Positions 7,331 through 17,035 of a stretch of 30,344 nt of DNA are shown here, piece by piece. Position 1 is the first letter of the stretch, and every line of letters begins with the position of its first letter. The position numbers and the translations under genes were made by a program. The stretch comes from Polyangiaceae bacterium (lineage in GTDB: Bacteria > Myxococcota_A > Polyangia > Polyangiales > Polyangiaceae): NCBI GenBank assembly GCA_035496495.1, contig DATJEQ010000307.1:1-30344 (forward strand), in the 5' to 3' direction. Under the pieces are notes generated by a model, which ran no database searches, was not told where the DNA came from, and worked only from the letters and a program-made list of their open reading frames with translations.

Positions 7331-9661
7331 GTGGCAACCATAGAGACGACCATGCTGTGGCAATCACTCCCTGAGTTTGGAACCGGCGTCCTGTACGCCA
7401 TCTTGGTGTGCGCCGCGTACACATTCGCCGTGTCCATCGCAGCGGGACGCAATCGACCGCGCTTGCTCGAATCGGCGCGCCTGGGGGCGTACGGCGTGTG
7501 CGGGCTGGTGTTACTCGGGGTCTTCTGTCTCGCTTACGCGTTCATCACTCACGATTTTCGCATTCGCTATGTCGCTCACTACAGCGAGCGCGCCATGTCG
7601 AACACCTTCTTGCTCACCGCCTTGTGGGGTGGACAAGACGGCTCGCTGTTGTGGTGGCTGTTCTTACTCAGCGTTTACATCACGGCCTGCGTGGCATGGC
7701 TCAAAGGGAAGTACCGGCATCTGCAGCCATACGTGATCGCGACGTTGATGGTGATCGTTAGCTTCTTCGCCATGTTGATGCTCTTCGCGGCAAATCCCTT
7801 TGAGACCAATCTCGCCGGATCACCGGTCGACGGGGAGGGGTTGAACCCGCTGCTGCAAGATTTCTACATGATCATCCATCCGCCCAGCCTGTACACCGGG
7901 TTCGTCGGCTGTTCGATTCCGTTCTCTTTTGCAATGGCCGCACTGATCACCGGCCGGCTCGATAACGAGTGGATCAACGCCACGCGCAAATGGATGATGT
8001 TCGCCTGGATGTTCCTGTCCATCGGCAACGCGCTGGGCATGCTGTGGGCGTACAAAGAGCTCGGCTGGGGTGGCTATTGGGCGTGGGATCCGGTGGAAAA
8101 TGCGGCCTGTTTGCCCTGGTTTACCGCCAGCGCCTACGTGCACTCGACCATGATCCAGGAGCGGCGCAACCTGATGAAGACGTGGAACTTAGTGCTGATC
8201 TGCATCACGTTCTTCCTGACCATTTTCGGCACATTCTTGACGCGCTCGGGTCTGATCAGCAGCGTCCACAGCTTTGCCAAGAGCGACATCGGCTCCTATT
8301 TTTTGTGGGCCATGGGCGCCATCGTGGCCACCTCTGCCGGTCTCATCGTGTGGCGCAGGCCGCTGCTCAAGGGCAGTGGGCGCATTGAATCCGTGCTCAG
8401 CCGTGAAGCGGCGTTCGTGGTCAACAATTGGGCCTTTCTGGGCGGCTGCACCTTCATTGGTGTCGCCACCATCTGGCCGCGCATCAGCGAGTGGCTGTGG
8501 CAGCAATCGGTCACCGTGGGGCCACCCTTCTTCAATCGCTGGATGACGCCCATTGGGCTGGTGATCTTGCTGCTCATGGGGGTCGCGCCGCTGTTCGGCT
8601 GGCGCAAGACGAGCGGCGTGTCACTCAAACGAGCCTTCGCTTTCCCCCTCGGCGCAGCCGCGCTCGTCGCGGTCGCTCACATGTTGTTCGGTGCCTCCGT
8701 CGGCTTTCCACCGCTGGTCTACGAAGAGGCTCATTACGAAGGCATTGTCGGTCAGCTGCTCAAACAAGTCGGGGCCACGGCACCGCTCATCACCACCACC
8801 CTGGTGGGGCTGAATTTCGCAGTAATTCTGCAGGAATTCGCACGAGGCATCGCGGCGCGCCGCAAGAATTCGCAAGAAGGCGTGTTCGAAGCCTTGCTCA
8901 ACTTGGTTAGCAAGAGTCGCCGCCGCTATGGCGGATACGTGGTCCATTTTGGCATCGGTCTCATCTTCCTCGGCTTCGCGGGCAAGGCGTGGGAGATCGA
9001 AAAAGAGGCGAATCTACTGCCGGGGCAAAGCGTGCAAGTGGGCGCTTACACCTTGACCTACAAGGCTCCTAGGATGGAAGTCGACGCAGAGAAGCGAATG
9101 ATCTTCACCGATCTCGCCGTCACCAGTGGCGGCAGAGAGCTGGGAAACGTCTCACCGGGCAAGTTCATCTACAAAAAACAACAAATGCCCACCACCGAGG
9201 TGAGCATCTTGAGCAGCTTGCGCGATGATCTTTATCTCGCGATCGGCACTGTCGATCCTTCCAGCAAGCTTGCGACCTTCCGCATTCACGTCAATCCACT
9301 GGTCAGTTGGATCTGGGTCGGCGTGCTGATTTTGATCGGCGGCGCGGGCATTTCGCTGTGGCCGGATGTCAGCTTCAAACAGCTGGGCGTCTGGCAATAT
9401 GTGCGCGCCTCGGCGGGCGTCACCTCGGGCGTGATGATGGCAATCTTGATCGCCACCAGCCCCGCCCACGCCCTGACCCTGCACGCCTTAGCGCCCCCCA
9501 TCGCGAGCGAAATGACCGCTGTTTCGGGCCAAGGATCGTCCGGGTCGTCGCCGCTGCCGCAGGCGCCTCAGGTGCCTTGGGCGCCGCTTGGGGCTCTCTT
9601 AGGCGGGTTCGTCTTGGCCGGCGTGTTCACCCCTTGGGTGCTGCGCAAACAACAAAAATAG
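7331..9661 (+). CDS. ccmF: Cytochrome c biogenesis heme lyase CcmF/NrfE with a ~98-aa C-terminal extension
   Basis: DFRIRYVA, LWGGQDGSLLWW, IIHPPSLY, the WWD motif WGGYWAWDPVENA, SAYVHS, FGTFLTRSG, SVHSF, YGGYVVHFG and NPLVSWIW. Alternative start ATG 7352. Confidence 0.95.
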   Translation: MATIETTMLWQSLPEFGTGVLYAILVCAAYTFAVSIAAGRNRPRLLESARLGAYGVCGLVLLGVFCLAYAFITHDFRIRYVAHYSERAMSNTFLLTALWGGQDGSLLWWLFLLSVYITACVAWLKGKYRHLQPYVIATLMVIVSFFAMLMLFAANPFETNLAGSPVDGEGLNPLLQDFYMIIHPPSLYTGFVGCSIPFSFAMAALITGRLDNEWINATRKWMMFAWMFLSIGNALGMLWAYKELGWGGYWAWDPVENAACLPWFTASAYVHSTMIQERRNLMKTWNLVLICITFFLTIFGTFLTRSGLISSVHSFAKSDIGSYFLWAMGAIVATSAGLIVWRRPLLKGSGRIESVLSREAAFVVNNWAFLGGCTFIGVATIWPRISEWLWQQSVTVGPPFFNRWMTPIGLVILLLMGVAPLFGWRKTSGVSLKRAFAFPLGAAALVAVAHMLFGASVGFPPLVYEEAHYEGIVGQLLKQVGATAPLITTTLVGLNFAVILQEFARGIAARRKNSQEGVFEALLNLVSKSRRRYGGYVVHFGIGLIFLGFAGKAWEIEKEANLLPGQSVQVGAYTLTYKAPRMEVDAEKRMIFTDLAVTSGGRELGNVSPGKFIYKKQQMPTTEVSILSSLRDDLYLAIGTVDPSSKLATFRIHVNPLVSWIWVGVLILIGGAGISLWPDVSFKQLGVWQYVRASAGVTSGVMMAILIATSPAHALTLHALAPPIASEMTAVSGQGSSGSSPLPQAPQVPWAPLGALLGGFVLAGVFTPWVLRKQQK

Positions 9662-9676
9662 GCTACGGAAAGCGGC

Positions 9677-10330
9677 GTGAGCAATTCGGTGGGCCACCAT
9701 TTGAGCTCGCTGCTGCCCAATCACCTGCAGAAGATGGGGGCGCTGCGAAAAATCGCGCTGTTCCTATTGGGGATCGCTGCGCTTGCTTGCGGGCTGTTAT
9801 TCGGGCTGGCAACTGCGCTGCTGTTGCTCGCCGGGGCCGCACTGCTCAATTGCATTCTACTCCTGTGGTCCAGCTTGCAAGGCCTTGCGGGCGAATCTCC
9901 AATGACCCTGGAAGAAGCCCTGAGCCTGGGTGCCCCCTCCGCCGAAGAAGAACAGAAGCAAGCCGTGCTGCGCGCGCTGAAAGATCTGGAATACGAGCGC
10001 AGCGTCGGAAAGATCAGCGATCAGGATTATCACGAGCTGTCGCAACGCTACCGTGCCGAGGCCAAAGCACTGTTGCTCCTCGTTGATCGCGATCTCAGCC
10101 CCGCGGTGAAAAAAGCCGAAGAACTGCTGGCAAAGCGCTTAGGCCACGCCCCAAGGAGCATCGAGGAACCCGCCCCAACGCAGACGGAGCCAGCGCAGAC
10201 GGAGCCAGCGCAAGCTGAGCCCGCAAAAGCCTTCGACGGCACATGCCCCCAATGCAGCACGCGCAACGACGCAGACGCCCGATTTTGCAAGAGCTGTGGC
10301 ACCCTCTTGACCCCCAAGGAAGGCGTATGA
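9677..10330 (+). CDS. Membrane protein with a CcmI-N/SHOCT-like helical hairpin and a C-terminal zinc ribbon
   Basis: Two N-terminal hydrophobic helices, LRALKDLEYERSVGKISDQDYHEL, and CPQC-x10-CKSC. It starts 15 nt after the ccmF stop. Confidence 0.8.
   Translation: MSNSVGHHLSSLLPNHLQKMGALRKIALFLLGIAALACGLLFGLATALLLLAGAALLNCILLLWSSLQGLAGESPMTLEEALSLGAPSAEEEQKQAVLRALKDLEYERSVGKISDQDYHELSQRYRAEAKALLLLVDRDLSPAVKKAEELLAKRLGHAPRSIEEPAPTQTEPAQTEPAQAEPAKAFDGTCPQCSTRNDADARFCKSCGTLLTPKEGV
10181..10225 (+). repeat. In-frame 15-bp tandem repeat (2 exact copies plus 1 degenerate) encoding QTEPA-QTEPA-QAEPA
   Basis: CAGACGGAGCCAGCG at 10181-10195 and 10196-10210, then CAAGCTGAGCCCGCA at 10211-10225. It forms the linker before the zinc ribbon. 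Confidence 0.85.
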
Positions 10331-11586
10331 AAACGCGATTCCTTATTGGGCTAGTCGCTCCCTTAGCGCTGGTCTTTTCGAGTTCAATTTGTAATGCACA
10401 GGCTCCTGCAGCGAGTGGCTCCGCTCCGGCGTCTGCTCACGCATCAGACGGAATGCAGGCTCCCAGCGGGCCGAAGTCACAAGACACTGCCGAGCTGCCA
10501 GTGGGCACCATTGAAGCACTGCTGCTCGATCCCAATGGGAATCCGGTTGCAGGGCACGCCATTAAGCTGACTGCTTTTCGCCAATCGATCGCCGAAGGCG
10601 ATTCACACACTGAGCGCACGCAAGTCAGCGATTCTCAGGGAAAAGCGACCTTTTCTGGCCTAGCAACCACCACCGACTTCAGCTACCGCGTCACCGTCTC
10701 TTCCGGGCCTGCGCAATTTGGCGCAGGAACTTTTCCCATCCGCCGCGACATGGGTCACCGCGAGGTGATCACGCTGTATCCGGTCAGCCGCGATCAAAAA
10801 GACGGTCCCGTTGTCGGTCGCGGCGTGATCGCCATTCATCCGGCTGAAGATGATTTTGTGATCGATGTGCTCTACCAGATCATCAACATCGGCAAAGTCG
10901 CGTGGGTGCCGGACGATCTAGTAATGAAACTCCCCACGGGGTGGAAGGCGTTCACCGCCCAAGAATCCCCCACCGACACCCATTTCGAAGAAGCAGGCGA
11001 TGTGGGGGCCAAGTTGATGGGCACCTTCGGGCCTGGTGCCAATGAAGTCGGCTTTCGTTTCAGTTTGACCAATCCGCACGAAGCCGCATTTGGACTCACC
11101 ATTCCGATCTTCCCGCGCACCATTGAAATGCGCGTGATCGTCGACTCGGGAACGGAGATGACACTCAAAGTTCCCGGCTTCAGCGACGCGACACCCGATC
11201 GCATGCGCTCAGGGCAACGCGTTTTGGTGGCTGAGCACAATTACCTTGAGCGGCGCGAAGCAAGCCCAGAGGCGATCAGCATCGACATTGGCGGCATGCG
11301 CACCAAAGGCAACGGCCATTACATCGCGCTGGGGATTGCACTGGCCATTGCCGCATACGGTCTGTGGAACGGCTGGCAGCAGCCTCGCAGCAAGAAGACC
11401 AAAGGCAACCTACCCGCAGCCGATCGAGGCGCCGCGCAAGGGCTACTGCTCGATGAACTCGTCGCACTCGAGAAAGCCCGAGAGGACAAATTGATTGGCA
11501 CCAAGGCCTACAGCCAAACCCGCCAAGTGCTGCTCACGAGCTTGGCGCGTCTAGAGTCCGCCGGAACAACTGCGCCCGCGGCCTAG
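10327..11586 (+). CDS. Exported beta-sandwich (carboxypeptidase-regulatory-like) protein with a C-terminal TM helix and CcmI-N/SHOCT-like tail
   Basis: ATG 10327 overlaps the upstream TGA (ATGA). It has a signal peptide MKTRFLIG...ICNA, DPNGNPVAGHAIKL...SDSQGKATFSGL (transthyretin-like fold pattern), the TM YIALGIALAIAAYGLW and the tail LLDELVALEKAREDKLIGTKAY. Confidence 0.75.
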   Translation: MKTRFLIGLVAPLALVFSSSICNAQAPAASGSAPASAHASDGMQAPSGPKSQDTAELPVGTIEALLLDPNGNPVAGHAIKLTAFRQSIAEGDSHTERTQVSDSQGKATFSGLATTTDFSYRVTVSSGPAQFGAGTFPIRRDMGHREVITLYPVSRDQKDGPVVGRGVIAIHPAEDDFVIDVLYQIINIGKVAWVPDDLVMKLPTGWKAFTAQESPTDTHFEEAGDVGAKLMGTFGPGANEVGFRFSLTNPHEAAFGLTIPIFPRTIEMRVIVDSGTEMTLKVPGFSDATPDRMRSGQRVLVAEHNYLERREASPEAISIDIGGMRTKGNGHYIALGIALAIAAYGLWNGWQQPRSKKTKGNLPAADRGAAQGLLLDELVALEKAREDKLIGTKAYSQTRQVLLTSLARLESAGTTAPAA

Positions 11587-11812
11587 TCGTCGCCCTGAGG
11601 CATGCCCCTGCTGAAATAATCCGGCACAACCTCTGTGCTCACCCTGTGGGCAACCCTCCGCATAGCCTGGGCTTCGTTCCTGTACAGACTGGGGGCCAAT
11701 TCGAAAACCTCTAGCCGTCCACGATTAGGTCACAGCTAAGCCCCCTGACCGATCCCGAAGCAATCCCCAACGTTGAAGACAAAAAACCCTTTTAACTCAG
11801 CTACTTGTAGTG

Positions 11813-11886
11813 TTTTCCACAAGGTCCACAGGGCCTACTGATACCACTACTAATTTTATTAATAAGTTAGATCTTAGAAGCGATCT
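11813..11886 (+). other. Putative chromosomal replication origin (oriC) unwinding module
   Basis: TTTTCCACA (11813-11821, matches TTWTNCACA) abuts AGGTCCACA (11822-11830), then GGGC, then CTA-CTG-ATA-CCA-CTA-CTA (11835-11852). A run of 15 consecutive A/T follows (11851-11865), then GATCT at 11870 and 11882. It lies directly upstream of dnaN-recF-gyrB. Confidence 0.75.
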
Positions 11887-11962
11887 GGCTTGAGCTTGAG
11901 CGGGCCAATGGGGACAGTTCGGAACCCTAGCGCCGCTCACGCGGTCCGGGTACACGAGGCCC

Positions 11963-13093
11963 ATGCAGATCGTTGTCAGCAAAAAAGACCTGCAACGGAT
12001 CCTGTCGCGATGTCAGGGCGTTGCCGACCGCAAAAGCACCATGCCCGTGTTGGGCAATGTGCTGTTGGAAGTAGAGGGCCCCGATCGTTTGCGTTTGGCA
12101 GCCACGGATTTGTACGTCGCGATCACGGGGAGCATTCCCGCTGAAGTTGAAAAGGGCGGGGCAATTGCGTTAGGCGCACGCGAACTCCTTGAGCGGATCC
12201 GTCATATGCCTGACGGAAAGATCTCCATCTCAACCAACGGCGCGGCCACCACCATTCGCGCTGTGGGTCATCCGCGGCGCTATACGTTGCAGGCGCTGCC
12301 CGGCGAAGAATTTCCCGCGCTGCCCGCAGCTGCAGCAAATGCCGAACGTCTCACGTTGCCCGCCAATGCATTGGCGCGTCTAATTGCGGCAACTCACTTT
12401 GCCATTTCCACCGATGAGACACGGCTGCATCTGAGCAGCGCCTTGTTCGAGTGGGACGGTGATCGCGTGCGCATGGTCAGCACGGATGGACATCGCTTGA
12501 GCAAGATGGAAGTGAAACTCAAGAGCACCCAAGCTTCCGCTTCGATGTTGATACCACTGAAGGGCATCAGTGAACTCAAGCGCCTGTGCGATGAGGCGAT
12601 TTCGGATACGGCAGACTTGGAGATTGTCATCACCCAGAGCGGACCGAACGCCTTCTTCGATCTGAAATCATTTCAATTCAGCGTGAAGCTGGTCGATGCG
12701 CAATTCCCGCCGTATCAACAGGTGATCCCTGCCAGCAGCGAGCGCCGCGTCGTGGCGCCGCGCTTAGCGGTGATGGAAGCGCTGAGCGCGGTGCAAGTGG
12801 CCGCTAGCGACCGCACCGGTGGGGTCAAGTTGTCACTGAGCAAGAACATGCTCCGCTTCAGCAGCGAGAGCCCGGATGGTGGGGATTGCTTGGACGAACT
12901 GGGCGCGGAATATTCCGGCGGTGAAATTGCCGTGGGCTTCAACGCCAAGTATTTGTTGGATGTGCTGGGCGCTGTGGGCGCTGAGAACGTTGCCATTGAG
13001 TTGAGCGGGGAGCTCGACCCCGCCGTGATCTCCCCCGCCACGCAGCCGCCAGATGGCAGCTACACGGCGGTGATCATGCCCATGCGGATTTGA
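11963..13093 (+). CDS. dnaN: DNA polymerase III beta sliding clamp
   Basis: KSTMPVLGNVLL, LAATDL, STDETR, MVSTDGHRL, FPPYQQVIP, VGFNAKYLLDVL and the terminal VIMPMRI. Confidence 0.97.
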   Translation: MQIVVSKKDLQRILSRCQGVADRKSTMPVLGNVLLEVEGPDRLRLAATDLYVAITGSIPAEVEKGGAIALGARELLERIRHMPDGKISISTNGAATTIRAVGHPRRYTLQALPGEEFPALPAAAANAERLTLPANALARLIAATHFAISTDETRLHLSSALFEWDGDRVRMVSTDGHRLSKMEVKLKSTQASASMLIPLKGISELKRLCDEAISDTADLEIVITQSGPNAFFDLKSFQFSVKLVDAQFPPYQQVIPASSERRVVAPRLAVMEALSAVQVAASDRTGGVKLSLSKNMLRFSSESPDGGDCLDELGAEYSGGEIAVGFNAKYLLDVLGAVGAENVAIELSGELDPAVISPATQPPDGSYTAVIMPMRI

Positions 13094-13149
13094 CGGCTCT
13101 GTAGATTTGAGGGTGACGCTCCACGGAGGGCACTGAATGGGCGTCGCGG

Positions 13150-13158
13150 TGGTAGACT
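13150..13158 (+). promoter_or_regulatory. Putative extended -10 promoter (possibly leaderless) for recF
   Basis: TGG-TAGACT, 8 nt before ATG 13167, with no clear Shine-Dalgarno sequence. Confidence 0.35.
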
Positions 13159-13166
13159 GAGCAACG

Positions 13167-14267
13167 ATGGCCGTCGAACTGGGTGTGGTGAGCCTGCAGG
13201 TGCGCGGCTTTCGCAACCTCACTGCGGTGGATCTGAAGCCCGGGCCGCGCTTCAACGTGATCAGCGGCGACAATGGTCAAGGCAAGACAAGCCTTTTGGA
13301 AGCGCTATACGTGCTGTGCACCTCGCGCAGCTTCAGAATTGAAAAGCTCACTGAGGTGATTCAGGCGGGCAACGCGGTTGCCGTTGTCAGCGGGCAGCTG
13401 AAGGAAGCGGGCGTCGTTCGACGGCAACGCGCGAGCGTGGCACGAGACGAGCGCCAGTTCGTCATTGACGACAAACCGCAAGCACGCCTTTCCGATTACG
13501 CAACGCGCACGCCGGTGGTGGTCTTTCAGCCGGGCGATCTGCAGCTCATTTCCGGTAGCGCGGCGGGGCGCCGCAAGCTGCTCGATCGGGTGTCGCTGTT
13601 CCTCAATCCGCTGAGCATGGATCACCGTCAACGCTTTGCCAGCGCGCAACGCGAACGCCAACGCTTGCTCGATACGCGTGGCTCGGGTGCGCGCGAACTT
13701 GACGCATACGAACGAGTCATGGCCAAACATGGCACAGAGCTTGAGCGCATGCGCCTTTTGGCTGCGGAGAAATTGCAGCACGCCGCCACCAGTGCGTTCG
13801 AACGACTGGGTGATCCGCGGGTGAAGGTGGCGTTGCGCTTTGCTCCGGGTGGCCCGTACGAAGAAGAACAATTGCGTTTGCAACTGTACCAAGGGCGCTC
13901 CGACGATCAGCGGCGCAAGTCGACGCGTATTGGACCGCACAAAGACGATTTGGAAATCGAACTGGATCACCGCTTGGCGCGCCGGCACGCCTCCCAGGGG
14001 CAACAGCGCATGCTCGCCCTTGCGCTCAAGCTGGCGGAACTCGAATGCCTGTGCCACGCACGCGGGGCCTTTCCGTTGCTGCTGCTTGATGACGTCTCAA
14101 GCGAGCTCGATCACAGCCGCACCAACGCCGTGTACGACTTTCTTAAGCAGAGCCAGAGTCAGGTCTTCCTCACCACGACCCGTCCGGAGCTGTTTTCCTT
14201 CGCGCCGAGCAGCAGCACTGAGCGCTGTGATTTCAGGTTGGAACAGGGAGCTTTGCGCGATGGCTGA
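13167..14267 (+). CDS. recF: DNA replication/repair protein RecF
   Basis: GFRNL, Walker A GDNGQGKTS, SRSFR, IGPHKDDL, signature ASQGQQR and Walker B LLLLDDVSSELD. It sits between dnaN and gyrB. Confidence 0.96.
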   Translation: MAVELGVVSLQVRGFRNLTAVDLKPGPRFNVISGDNGQGKTSLLEALYVLCTSRSFRIEKLTEVIQAGNAVAVVSGQLKEAGVVRRQRASVARDERQFVIDDKPQARLSDYATRTPVVVFQPGDLQLISGSAAGRRKLLDRVSLFLNPLSMDHRQRFASAQRERQRLLDTRGSGARELDAYERVMAKHGTELERMRLLAAEKLQHAATSAFERLGDPRVKVALRFAPGGPYEEEQLRLQLYQGRSDDQRRKSTRIGPHKDDLEIELDHRLARRHASQGQQRMLALALKLAELECLCHARGAFPLLLLDDVSSELDHSRTNAVYDFLKQSQSQVFLTTTRPELFSFAPSSSTERCDFRLEQGALRDG

Positions 14268-14323
14268 ACAGGGACGGATCCGCGTCGGGAATCCCCGTAA
14301 ATGGGCCCCAAAAACCCCTTTAA

Positions 14324-16894
<2,571 letters not shown>

Positions 16895-17035
16895 CCGAGC
16901 CGGATCGCAAAAATTGCGCGGAAATGCGCAGATCCGAAGCAGCCCTTCATCGAGGGGGCCTGGACAAATCTGGCGTGCGACACAGCTTGAGCATTGGAGC
17001 CAAGCGACGCTTGGAGACGGGAAGGATTTACTTTG

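Noticed and set aside
11798-11813. NrdR-box-like dyad CAGCTACTTGTAGTGT next to the DnaA boxes
   Set aside because: It mismatches the normally conserved central A, and there is no partner box about 31-32 bp away.
16986-17004. HspR HAIR-like sequence CTTGAGC...CCAAG upstream of clpB
   Set aside because: The right half-site and spacing do not fit CTTGAGT-N7-ACTCAAG.
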